Shown here: piece by piece, positions 51,101 to 64,000 of the stretch
Layout of the letters: every line of letters starts with the position of its first letter
Position numbering within the stretch: position 1 is the stretch's first letter
NCBI GenBank assembly: GCA_028534125.1
Contig: CM052817.1
Span: 22,260,001 to 22,324,000 of the forward strand
Reading direction: 5' to 3'
DNA from: Lama glama
Lineage: Eukaryota
DNA: 64,000 nt
Program-made: the position numbers and the translations under genes
The notes under the pieces: model-generated
Database searches by the model: none
What the model saw: the letters and a program-made list of their open reading frames with translations, nothing else
What the model was told of the DNA's origin: nothing

Positions 51101-53050
51101 AATAAACAAGTCAGATTGCTTCGGGTTACATCTCCCCCTGGAAGACTCTATAATTATTAACATGTTAGTGCTCTGACAAGTCCTTTCATAAACTTGGTCC
51201 AGTCCAGTGTTTCCCACACCTAAATTAACAGTGGCACAAATCTATCCCCCACTCTGTGGGAAATACAATAAGTACTATGCAAAGATTTTCGGTGAAAATG
51301 ATTTTATATCTTAGTCATCTTTGTTTATCATCCTAACTTAAGTAATATAAGTGAAAAAATATTAGCTGAGTGACTGATGATTTATTTGTCCTTCACACTT
51401 CATCTTGGACAGCACTGTCATAATTTTGTTATAGGATTAGAGATTACTGGCTTAAAGTTTCCAAGAAGTGCCTTAACCATACCACCAGTGATGGTCAAGA
51501 ATCTGTTAATGTTAAATTGGAAAATACATTCATATTTGTATATATCAATTAAATAGTCAAAGGAAATCTACTAACTACTGTCTTAGAAATTTAAGCTGGT
51601 TTATTTTCTGCCTTACTTTAAGGATTCAGTAGAATGTGGGAAGTTGAAAAAATGTGAAAGTCTCTGATGTACCTTCATGTTTGCTTTTGTTTTGTACGTG
51701 TTTTTATTGTGGAATTAGCACAGGCTGGAGTATTTATTGATGAACAACACTGAAAGACAGATTTGTCACCTGTTTCCTGTATTGGGATCTGCAGCCCACA
51801 TAGCCTTACTGAAGTGGCTTTACCACAAACGTTGATTTAGAAACAGTTGGTTTTGATATTAGAATTTTGCCAACATTGTGACTTTGTAAATGGTAGCATT
51901 TTTCTACCAGAGAATGTTTTCTTTTTTTTTTAATTCACATAGTTTCACAATTGTTCAAAAATTATTAAAATACCCTAAGCATCTTTATGAGACATAAATA
52001 TATGAAAGGGAGCTATTGCACATTCATGGTTATCAAGAAAATTGGAAAGCAAGCAGCAGTGGTGATCACTATCCATTGTTTCCCTGTAGCAATATGTACA
52101 AGAAATACTACTGCAAGTGAAATTTTTCATTTGCAGAATTTGCTCTGTTTTCATAAGCCTTTTAAAACCAGTCTCTGACACATAATGCCAATTGTAAAGA
52201 ACACTTCTCTGGTGTGAACTTAGCATTCAAATCCTTACAAAGTCACTTGTTCTCAGGAAATAAGGTTGATAAAGCTGAACCAAAAAGGGAAGGTATTTAT
52301 GGAATTGGTGATGTACTTTTCCTCATCTATGCATAAATTCTCTTCCAATATTGTACATGGTCAAGGGTGCCAGCCTCTTCTGGTGGGTGTTAGCCTCTTC
52401 CATTGCATTGGTCAGAGAGAAGCTATGCATTTTCACTGGTATAAAACCTAAGTCCTTCACTTCTGGAGCTCACTGCAAATCACCTGATCTACCTAGTTAA
52501 GGTTATACTTCTGTAAAACATTAGCCATTTTCAGCTTCTAACTCTTCACTGGATCTAAATTCCCTTAAACAATTCCACTACACAGAAGTGCTAACTTAAT
52601 ACCATCCTCTATCTCAAAGGCATTCATGTCAATCCTTTGCTAACTTTATGATCTGTGTATAAATTTTTAAAATATCTTTTACCTGTATCTAAATTATAGG
52701 CATAGCTAACATATTTCAGCTAAAAAATTATACTGTGACATAAATTTTTCATTACTATTCTTTAAGACATTGACAGATTTGATGAGCCACTATTTATCGG
52801 GTACTTAATTTTACCCAGATTTGGCTATGCACAGGTGTTCAGCCCATTGTGATAAAGACAGAACAGGGAAACAAAATTTAAATGGAAAGCTGATGTGCCA
52901 TAATAAAAGTACAGAAAAATATGGAGAAGTTTTAAGTTTACACTGAGAATGAGGCAGAAATGGGACAAGGAAATTTTCAAAAAATGGCAATACTTTGGTA
53001 CTGTTTTGAATGATAATTACTTTTTTTCAGGTAGGCGGGGGAGGGGGGCC

Positions 53051-53601
53051 TGTTACGGAATCCAGACTCGTTCTGCTGGCTGCACAACAGGCCAATAAAT
53101 TGGGAGTCGAGGTGTTTGGGCAAGGAATAGCGACTTTATTCAGAAAGCCGGCAGATCGAGAGGATGGCAGACTAATGTCTTGGAGAATCATCCTCCTCCA
53201 GTCAGAATACAGGCTCCTTTTATACAAAAACAAAACAAAACAAAACAAAAACAAAAACAAACGGGGAAGGGGGGCAGTGGTTGGTTGTTGCAAACTTCTT
53301 GCTGCAGAAATTCTTTGCTCTTGCAGCCCTCCATGTGGATAGGGCCATGGTCTCCCTGTAAACCTCCAGCAAAACAAAGGTTATTCTCTATTTTGCAACT
53401 TGCCATCTCTACATAAGTGCAGAAGTGCTAACATCTTTGAAGGTCAGAGCCCTGAGAATAGGCTCTCCTGTATATTTCAGGCTAAAGGCAACATTGTTTT
53501 ACAAAAGATACAGAGCTAGCAAGACAGCCTAGAAAACAGGGCACAGTGGTTAAAACTAAAGGAACTGATCCAATATGGAGTCAGATTTGTTCACTATTAC
53601 T
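53051..53601 (-). mobile_element. solo LTR, family A (paralog of 9161-9684) with internal (AAAAC)n
   Basis: Colinear similarity with 9161-9684 along its length; approximate TSD ggcc/agcc. Confidence 0.88.
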
Positions 53602-54184
53602 AGCCAGGGTTTTCAGGAGGAGCCAACAGTCCAGGCTAGAAGAGACAAAGATAGTTAATAGCTGGATATTATTAGATCATAGTTTGTCAAAGAAGCAGAG
53701 GAAGACTAAGCTAGAGAGGTAAGCTGGGGCAAGAATATGGAGGAGTTTGAGATTTTTCACTTCGGGAAAACAGGAGTCATTGGCATGTTTTAATCAGTAG
53801 AGAACTTGGGAAAATATACCTTTATATAGGCCATTCTAAGAGTAATGAGCAAGTTACCTGGAATGAGTACAATGTATGTGACACTATACTGCTTAGATAG
53901 CTGAGCAAGAAGAGAAATTAAGTTAGCATCTCTCAGGCTCTAAATTTGAAACATCAGGTTTTGTTTTTAAAAAAGTAAACTATTTTTTTCCAACAGCAGA
54001 TGAGTGACAGCGCTCATCCCACATTCTCAATATGTGCGTGTGCTGTGTAGGTGATTCATGGTAAGAAATGTTCCCAAAAATAGCTTCCATGAATTGAGCA
54101 TAGCTGTGAGCTAGAATCTACTTATAAAGGCTTTTTTGGGGGTGAACTAATTTAACCCTGAAAAAAATACAGTGGATTATTTAC

Positions 54185-54330
54185 TATGATTTTCTACATT
54201 TTACAGATGAGAAAACTGAGGCCTAGAGGTAGGTACTAAATAACCTGTTCAGATTCACAAGCTAGTAAGTAAATAAATGTGGCAGGATTTTAATAGGTCA
54301 AACTCTTAACCACTATACATACTGTCCTTC
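54185..54330 (-). mobile_element. MIR SINE
   Basis: Core attttacagatgagaaaactgaggcctagag...tcacaagctagtaagt. Confidence 0.8.
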
Positions 54331-57300
54331 AAATATTTTATTATATGAACAAATTTAGTTATAAATACAGACATTGGCTTCTTACAAATTGTAGGAAATG
54401 GGATGTCCTTATCTACCTTCTCAAAATCAACTTGTTCAGTTTTTTATAGCTCAAATCAAGAGCTATCTCTTCTAGGAAGTTTCTTTGGCACTGTTTTCTA
54501 AAAATCACAATCTCTCCTTCTGCATTTGCAGCTGGCAATGCATTTGTTTTAATTATGTGTATTCACTTTGCTGTGTATTGCAATGATTATATTATTTATT
54601 AAATAGACTTTTTGAGTGTCTCTTGTATATGTGTTACTGTGGTAGATTCTAGCTTCTCTAGAATAACTACAGTTATCACTTTTTATGCCATTGGAATGTA
54701 AGTCCTATATATTATTTTATATCCCTTTAAGAAAAAGTAAAGTATGCAGTAATAAATGGGTACATAATAAATTTTATTGAGTAAATAAATTCATTCATTC
54801 CATTAACCCAGTGGCCCAGTGAAGGAGGATGACCATGATTGTACTGACTTGTAATAGATGATGTTTCATGTCTTTACCAGACCTTTATCCATAGGAAAAA
54901 ACAGCAGAGAACTGTAGCTACTGACTGTATCCACTTTCTTATAAAATACTGATTTGTTTCTTGACCCAATTTCTACTTTATCAGTAATGTCTTTATGCTT
55001 ATATGAATTTCTTCAGTTCCTTTTTCATATTATAATGAACAGTGAGGTACTGTCTTATACTGCAATCATGTCTAACAGAATTTTTAAAGGAGGTTCAAAC
55101 ATATGTATTTGACCATCTATGACCATTGCATCAACATATTATCAGACTTATTTAAATGACGGGAATTTAACATAGAATTTTAGTAGGACTTGTCTCCTCG
55201 AGAAAGCTCACAGAGAAACAAGTACACATAGTTTGCCCTTTGTCTACATCCTCACTGGAAAACTTACCTGTGTGAGTTTTCTAATGTGTAAAATGATCAC
55301 ATTAACTTTGTTTATATACTTGACTTTTAAAGACTAACTGTTTGGAATAACAATCCCATGAAGAAATGAATTTATTTGACCTAAATATTTTCAGCAGTAG
55401 GTGCATGAGTCTCATGAATGTATATGAGGGAGTGAGGAAGAAAGGTGGGCAGTTTTAGGCTACTAGAAGTTGGTCCCAGCAGCGTTAGAGATTAGAACTT
55501 GGAATAAATAAAAGAAGAATAAAAGTGCCAAATAATGTAAAGTCCCAGCTATGACAAATAACAGATATATTTGTATATACAACTTCATTATCTTCTAGTT
55601 AAAGAAGACTAGTTTAAGTCATAAAAACGTCAACTCTATCTTTCTTTTTGGTGTGCTATGGCATAAGACAACTCTGAATGGCTTCTGGAATTTTATGGTG
55701 AAATTGGTCTAAGGAAAATAGGGAAGAAATAAAGTTTGATACATTAGGATAAAAATAATAGCCAATGGTTTCATCACAAACAAAAAAGGGCGTGATACAA
55801 ATACACTAAAGTGATCGTGACTATTCTTCATTTATTCATCATGAATTTTGAACAACTACTATATTATCAAATACTCTGATAAGTCTTGTGTCATATTAAA
55901 AAAATAAGACACAGTCATAGCAATCAGTGCTGCCACTAGAAGAGAGGTAATACAAATGACTAGGATTCAGAGCTGGAAGAAATAAATTTTAATCTTCCAT
56001 TAAAATTTTAAGTCACAGGATATGAGACTTAGATGAGCATTTACTTGTATATCTTTCAGAAAATCTTCCTTGTGGGTTATTCAATCATCCATCATGCATT
56101 TTAAGCATCTATAATACTACTGAAAAATACAGTGATGAGTTTTGTTGACATATAAAAGTTATAAAAGTTTGAGGGAAGTAGTGAATTATTCACACTGGAG
56201 GAGATGTAAAAAATTCAAGAACTAGGACATTTCAGCTCAGCCTTGAAAGATGGGTTATAATTAAAGAGAAAAGAGGAAAGAGAAATTCCATGATAAAGGA
56301 TCAATATGGAGAGAGGCACAGAGATTGTCTTGAAAGTTCATGCCCTGGTCAGTGTGATGAAATCAGAAGGTATATGGATGAAAGTAGCTATAGTAAATAT
56401 TGAAAAGGCAGTTTGGCCCCAAATCATAAGGTTTCTATGACATGGAAATAATTTACAACTTTATTCTGTAGATAAAAGCCTAATAAGTTATTCTTGAAAT
56501 CAGTGTCATATTAATTAAGTATTTGACTGAATAAATGGTTTTCATAGAGCCATGGATATAACACACAATAATCACTTTTTTTTTGTAAATTAGGAGTTAA
56601 AAAGTATTAATTGCTATAGGAAAAGGTGTTTAGGTAAATTGTATAGAAGTCAAAATACGCTTTAGCAAAAACATGGAGGTAGAGGGATCTTTTGTGGTTA
56701 GAGATTCCACAATTCTCTGCTCAAATAAAGAAATTCTGTAAATGAGAAAAATGCATACAAACATAGTTTTTTGTTTTTTATTTTTTGTGGTATCCACCTC
56801 CTATTTAATTTTTTCCATATGCTTTGTTTACGTGGATTATAATCATCATTTCAACTAAATACCTTGGCATGAGATTTCTCTGTTGGCAATTATCATTCAG
56901 CTTATAATGCTATGAGATTGTTAAAGCAAGTCAGTCAAGATTTATTAAATGTCTCTTATTTGCAAATCACTTTGCTAAGCAATTTGATGAATTAGTCAGA
57001 AGGAAAAATAGCCAAACCCTTACTTGAAGAAATTTAAATACAGTTATAAACATAAAAAGAAACCCAAAGTAGACAATTTCTTTAGTACTAATCTAGAGAG
57101 AACAGAGACAAGTATATACTTTTGAATATGTTTCAATATCTCTGAGAATCACATAAGCCTAGAACTCATTTCATCATCATGAATGATGTAAGGCAAAGTG
57201 TCTAAACCTAGGTTTGAGAGCCTACAAGTCTGGGTACCTCTTTCTCAGTCTCCAAATACCGTGGTCCATTGGGTTTTTGAACAAAGCAAATCATGGTTCC

Positions 57301-57914
57301 ATAAAGAACAACAATATGCATATGGTAGAGTCAGATAAGGATGATTTCAAGAAGAAAACAGTACAAGAACTAGCTTTCAGACCACAAGGGGACATACAAT
57401 TTCGGGTGCAGTTAATTCATTGATTTTCAGCCATATTTTCTCACTCAAAAGTTGAGGAGTTTGATTACGTGATGTCCCTGGCAAGAGTCTTCAAAGTCAA
57501 ATTGGGGCATTAGTACTCCTGTGAATATTTAAAATCTCCCTAGGAGATACACATGCATAATCTTAGGAAATTATTTTTCAGATATCCAACTTCCTACTTC
57601 AAAAATCCCTGTGGTCTCTTGGCTCTGCTTTCCAACATTTCTTTTTACCATGACCTGTCTGCTCTCCACAAAAGTAAAGCAGATGTTCCAACTTGAATCA
57701 TGTTACAGAGCCATCCCAGCCATGGCAAAGCCTCAAGGACTTAAGGACTGCTGAAAGTGACTTGCATCTGATTGTGGGTCTAGTAAGAGCATAGCAAGGC
57801 ACGTTTACAGGGGTCAGTGCCTTATGTCACCTCTAAAATAAACTCTTAGTAACATTTCCCATCAAACTTACCTGGTATTCTATCATAGAAATTCATTCAG
57901 AAGAAGTGAGAAGA

Positions 57915-58069
57915 GGGGGAGTGTACAGCTTAGTGGCAGATCACATGCGTAGCATGCACAAGGTCCTGGGTTCAATCCCCAGTACCTCTATTAAGAAAGA
58001 AAGAAAGAAAGAAAGAAACCTAATTATACCACTCCCCCCAAAAAAACCTAAAAATAAATCAAAACAAAA
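57915..58069 (+). mobile_element. tRNA-derived SINE (camelid Vic-1-like)
   Basis: A box cagcttagtgg, B box gggttcaatccc, (GAAA)n, A-rich tail, and a perfect 14-bp TSD AAGAAGTGAGAAGA (57901-57914, 58070-58083). Confidence 0.9.
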
Positions 58070-61000
58070 AAGAAGTGAGAAGAATCGTGGAAACATGCAT
58101 TAACAGTTTTTTAAGAAATAAAAAAAAAATCACAACAGATGTTTTCTGACATAAAGCTTGCTTTGGCTGATTGACCTTAAGAACTGGCTTTTCTGATTAG
58201 TTTACAGTGGTCATTATCTATAAAAAGAAAACCTGCAATTCTAAGATTTGATGAAAATGTTCTCAAGGCATATAAAAATATACCTTATGCTTTATGCAAA
58301 TATCTCCAGTTGTGATAAAATATTTAGATTTCAATTGAAAATTTGCTCTGTTGCTAGTTTTCCCAGAATTATTTTGAGGGATACAGAAGCAAAAATGTTT
58401 GAACACTACATATCCAGTTCCTTCTAATATTAATGCAACTAATATTGTATTAGGTTGAGAGGGAGTGGACAAGAAAATACTAAAACCTTTTACCTTAAAA
58501 AAAGGAAACAGAAATGTAGTACCATTTTGAACCCTAAGACTCTGCTTTATCGCCCCCAATGCATGTGATCCTTTTCAAGTTTAGGAAGCAGTGTGAAATG
58601 CCCATTTCTTGGGTATCTTTAAGTTTTATATACTTATATATATTTTTTACAAAAACATTAAAACTAGCATTTTGAGGTGAACATCCCAGCAAACACAGGG
58701 AGACAGCTGTAGTTCAGAAAGCAAGGCTAGCCCACTTGTGGTTTATACTCAAGTATATCAAGAATAATAATCAAACACCAGACAGAAGCCTTCCTTTGGA
58801 GAGAGGGAGAATGATTCAAAAAGTTTTTGCAAAATGAGACCAGACCGTTCTACCCGTTAAGACCCAATCTAAGTGAATCTTTCTATTTCTCCCTGAAATG
58901 AATCGACGATGGTCTTAGAGTGATGGAAACTTAGAGTAACAGTGATTATGAAGAATTTCTCTTGGAAAGATTTTGAACTATGCCACGCAGGCTGTGTTAA
59001 TAATGAAGCTGTAGCTACTGAGGTGAACTCATCTAACTTACACAAGAGCCTTAATATAAACAGCCTACCAAGAGAGATACACAGACATGCAAATATTTGC
59101 AGGAGAATTTATTACATTCTCTATGGGAAAACAGATTAAAGTGGAAGAAAATGCACATAAGCCTTTTAACAGTGAAAAATATTAACTAAAAGACAAAGCT
59201 GTCAAAAACCATATTCCCAGGAAGTTGGAGGATGATTGCAGGTTCCCAGAGCTGCAAAGTGAATCAAGTAAATTTCATTTTGTTATTTAGTTGCTGAGAA
59301 TGAAGTCTTTCTAGACGAGCAGGAAATATTTCCTTCCCTTTGTAAATGTTACCTTCCTTTTATTTATTTGAAGCAGCTGTTGGAAAACAATGAAATTTGG
59401 AGCCTCGTTGAGGATGATAGATTTTATTAACCACAAATTTATTTGCATATACAAGCATAACAGACCCACAAGGGAAATTAGTTGAACTAGAAAAGCTTGA
59501 ACAAAAGAAGTGTGTGTAGAGACCACATGGCCTTGAGATGGTTCATTTTCAGGTATGATACTCGGTTTTGTCATTTCGATCTTTCTTGCTAATATAATGA
59601 TCCAATGTAATTCTAAATTTTGAAGTTAGATGGATAATCTAACTGAGCTGGTTATTGCTCTCACTACTCTGAAGGACAACCTTCTGCTTGTGGTGATCAG
59701 TTTGGCTACATTTTCTTAAATTCACATTTTCATGTAACATCTCACACTAAGACATGTCTGTACCAGTTTGATCATTCCGGGACAATAGACAATATTTCAA
59801 TGCCTAAGTAAAACAGATTTAATTGCTAAACGAGATTTCAAGGAACTGAACTTCATTTTAATCACAAACAAGCTGCAAGGCAATTTTCAATTACAGCAAG
59901 CTTTTTATTTTTCTCCAGCTGTGTGTCCCTGCTGATTCCTGAAATTACATGTAAGTTGTCCCAGATTTTGAAGTGGTGTACCTACTGAGGTTTTTCTTTT
60001 GTCAGTTGATGAAGTATCTGTGATTAGAACCTAAATAAATTGGCATTTATAAGATGCATTACCCCACCCCATATATTTCAGGACATGATGACTGAGCATG
60101 AAGAAGGTCTGAGATATCCCCTAGTGACAGAAGTGTTCCTAATTAGGCTGCTGGTGTTGCAAGTACTCACCTCTTCTGCAGGAACATCAAAAGATAATGT
60201 AGGAACTGAGGCCTAGAAAAAGTAATCTATTGGGTATTAGACAATCAGGTCAATAATGTATTGTATTTTCAAAGTTCTACAAAGTTCGAGCTTTTAGAGA
60301 AGTTTGCCATGTGAGACCCAGAGTTTATCAATTATTATTGTCTTACTACCAAGCCAGAGTATGGGGGAAGTTGAAACAGATGTTCTTAATTTTGGAGCAC
60401 TGGAAAAATTCTAGCTTTTAAGAGAATTCAAGGTTAGCATCATTTAAAGATACAGAGGAACAATGCTAATAGAACAGAGGAAAGAAAAAAAGTTTCATTT
60501 TAACTTGCAGAATTGACTTGTTTTCCTTACTAACCTAATGACTATTACTATTACTAATTACTATTTATTTTTTCTGTTGCTTTTTCTTTGTCCTTTTATT
60601 TATTCAATAATCACTCATCAAATATGTAATTGATAGTGATTATATGAAAAATTTTACTATTTTGGCGAAGTACTGATTTACACAAAGATATTTACAAAGA
60701 CATAGGGGGATCACAATAAAAAGTGAGAAAGTCTAGGATACTCAGATAAGATAAAACATGACAAAGATTACGAGAAGGAAATAAAAATGGTATTAGATCA
60801 CTCCAAGTCAAATCTGTATAACTTTAAAAACAGATCTGAGGGGGTGGATTATCCTAGGAATGAGGGAATAGTATAAAGGCACAAAAGAAAAAAGAAATCA
60901 GCAATTGGGTTTCAAGATTATAGGTAATAATTTGTGGATTCATCTTAGACTGGGAATGATAGGTCGATGTAAAATTATAAAAGACTATTTTCTTGGCAAT

Positions 61001-62210
61001 GAAAGGTATCTGAAAGGCTTAACAAGAGGAGTGCATTAAAAAAACAAAAGGGTTTGAGAAAATTAGAGATGGAGTACCTAGATATGTTACATGAGTTAGA
61101 AAGTAGGGGCCAAGAAAATCACTTGAGGGGAATTTTGCTAAAATTAGAGCTATCTAATGGCTGAGGTGGGCGTTGACTCTCAGACTTACTAGCTGCTATG
61201 GGTGTTGACTGTGAGACTTGAGGATAGGCATTGAAAATTGGAAAATGTGAAAAGAAATAGTGACTGGAAAGGTATGTTGATGGGCTGGAAAACAATGCAA
61301 ATTAAACAAAATTAAAGTTAAAAATCAGCTTAAATTAAAAAAAAATCCAAAAATCTTAATTATTTTCTTTGTAATAAAGTGTTTTAACTGAAAGTTTTGA
61401 TTTGGGAATTAAATTTAAAAAAAACATACAAACATTTACATAAGTTATAAATCTGGAGATGCAAAAACCAGTAACATTTTTTCCATAACCTAACTTTCTG
61501 TGTCAAGTTTCTCTACTCATTAACACACCAGCAACAATGAGAACTTAAGAGCTACCTATAAGAACACTAATAGTGTGAAGATTTACACCTTCTAAAGGGG
61601 ATTTCTTAACGTTGATGTCAGCTTAGCTAACTGTAGAAATGTTAGACATGTCTGTGAATTTTAATTTATAGCAAATTTTCTGATCTTCAAGATGACCACC
61701 AGTCCTGTTGCACAACTGCTGTGCTATATAACTTTATTCTAATTTCCATATAATTCTGTATCACATGTATATGTGGGTATGTGAGCACATAAAATCCAAG
61801 GAGGATGACACCTGACAGAGTGCCTAAAGAAAGGTAGGAAATCACTCACCACTTGGCACACAGTTGAGTATTTCTGCTTAGCAGAATATCTATAACCAAG
61901 TATCTTTTTTCCTTATAGTTCTAGCTAGTTCCTCGTTGCCTTCCTAGACCTTTTCAAGTAATCTCAATTATTATGAATTGGTTCAGCTCACAGGGAAATT
62001 GAAATTGAATATAAACCTAATAATTATTATAATTTTAATAATATTTTATAATAAAATAATAATTTAATTTACAATATAAGATAAATTGTGAATTATAAAA
62101 TAGTGCTCATGGATATTTTATTTTAAAAATATTGCCCATGACATTACATTGACATTTCCTTATTTTGTGCTAAACATCACTAAATACTTAATACATATTC
62201 TTATTTCCCC

Positions 62211-62585
62211 TGTTTAAAAAAATATTCAGCTGAGTAAATTTGAAGATCTAATTGATTTTATTCAGCAATCCATGAACCAGGCAGTATCCCATCTAGTAAA
62301 CAGAAAGGCTCCAGAAGGCGCTCTAAAAAATGGAAGAGTTTTACAAAGGAGCTGGACAAAGAGGTTATTAGCAAAAGAAAAAGAAAGATTGTGGAGCCTA
62401 AGTCACCTGCCCTTAGGGGAAAGTGCAGGAGGGTTTATCATGCAGATTACCTCACTAGGGCTGACCAAGAATATCCAGACTGATTGATTTGAAATTTTAC
62501 TCCTGGGCAATTAGGTTCAATATTAAGTCTTGGTGAATCTTAGCACGAATGGCTCCATTTTGGGCTGCTTGTTTCACTTTTAACA
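62211..62585 (-). mobile_element. solo LTR (ERV1-like)
   Basis: TG...CA termini, TTTATT near 62257, TSD cccc/ccct. Confidence 0.7.
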
Positions 62586-62883
62586 CCCTAGATTGAAAAA
62601 CCAATAAAAAATGTTTATACCGTAATAGAATAAATATGTTTCAACTAGGGTGCAGAGATTTTTATTAAAAATGTTTTCTTCCCTCATTAATTTCTACTTT
62701 CTGTGAACCTATCAATTAGGTATTTTACATTTATGTAATATACATAGAAAAGTCAGTCTTTTTGTACCTGTAGTAAATATAAGAAATTAATCCCACAAGA
62801 AATAGCTTTATCTTGAAATGAATATCAATTTACCATATTTTGAAGTTCATATTTCACTGACAGATTTATTCTGTTAGTGAATA

Positions 62884-63334
62884 TGTAATAGGGAAGAATA
62901 ACTCTGCCTCTGTATTAGATCTGTTTCATTTACTTTAACCCTTGTACTCTATTGCTCGTTAATCACTAAAGGGATGTTGCCTGTGAACTTAAATGGCCCA
63001 TCTCTGGGAACCCTGCCTCCCAGGGAATGAGCGTTCAGCTCAGGAGAAACATCCTGACCAGGCCCACCAGTGAATGACTGCAGGAAGGAAGAAATTAACA
63101 CATCCCCTAGGGAGGCTGACGGGAAAAGGAAATGCTTGACTTTACTCCCTCCTCTTTTAGTATAAAAGAAGCCTGAATTTTAACTCAGGTAAGATGGTTC
63201 TTTGGAATGCTAGTCCACAATCTTCTTGGTCTACTGGCTTTTTGAATAAAGTCACTGTTCCTTGCCCCCATGATTCATCTCTTGATTTATTGGCCTGTTG
63301 TGCAGCGAGCATTATGAGCTTGGACTTGGTAACA
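62884..63334 (+). mobile_element. solo LTR related to family A
   Basis: TGTAATAG...GGTAACA termini, TATAAAA at ~63161, AATAAA at ~63245, TSD aata/aaca; both ends match the reverse complement of 9161-9684. Confidence 0.85.
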
Positions 63335-63654
63335 AACATTTTAACACTGTATTTTAATAACTAATTCTAGTTATAACTTCCTGTATAGTATTTATTTTTG
63401 GCATTAAAAAACTTTCTTATAGGAGAAAGGGTGGAAAATTAAGAACCTAAATTGTAAATTAACTTTCATTAGGTGATAGTGCTTTGTATGTATTAGATTT
63501 TTAGGTATTTAATTTCCATTATTCCTACCAGAGGATTAAAAGTTAAAAAAAAATAACCTATGATATGATAATGAAGATATTATTATAGTGGGCTTTAATT
63601 TTCAATAAGCAAATACAAATAATTTTATAGTGTTTTGAATACAGTTCTCTTATA

Positions 63655-63900
63655 TCAATCAGTTTCCATGGTTGTATGTATGTAAGAAAAACTAACCCTG
63701 GTTAGCTTAAGAAGAGAATGAATTTATTGGAAAGATAATGGATAGTTTAAAAATTCAAAGGCTTGAAAAACAGGGACTAAGGGGGAGTTGGCTGCAGTAA
63801 AACAAACAGGAGGTCAAGTCATAGTAAGGCCTCTGTATACAGCTCAGTTACCATTAATTATTCTCCAATTCATTTCAAATAAGATCCTTCTACAGTGAGA
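63655..63900 (-). mobile_element. possible old MLT1-type MaLR LTR fragment
   Basis: aaactaaccctggttagcttaagaagagaatgaatttattgg resembles an antisense MLT1 3' end. Confidence 0.4.
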
Positions 63901-64000
63901 TTTCTCTGTTGTTCCTGCATGTTTTAACTATGGCCTCAACAGTCATAGCACCTACCAGAACCTCTTATTGGTCAGGAATAGAACATAGGCCTGAGACCAA

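Noticed and set aside
61168..61220. Imperfect ~21-bp direct repeat with spacer (CRISPR-like)
   Set aside because: Only two copies, in a mammalian context with no cas genes; a simple local duplication.

Overview
AT-rich mammalian non-coding DNA, either a gene desert or a large intron. It is probably from a camelid, because two tRNA-derived SINEs resemble the camelid Vic-1 family. I found no intact protein-coding gene, and nearly all ORF-track entries are chance or repeat-derived. The window is dominated by transposon relics: several LINE-1 pieces (two with 5' inversions), more than 15 solo LTRs, hAT MITEs, MIR/L2 relics and microsatellites. The standout is a ~460-bp minus-strand insertion (40252-40715) inside an old L1. 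It is a 5'-truncated retrocopy of WNT7A exon 3, which is joined at the exon-3 boundary to a ~250-nt unknown sequence plus a short A tail instead of to exon 4. This suggests a fossil of an unannotated, C-terminally truncated WNT7A transcript. Other oddities: two different LTRs inserted at exactly the same CCAT site, a multi-fragment L1 with alternating orientation, and several perfect palindromes/hairpins. Repeat family names and reference sequences are recalled from memory and were not checked by database search.
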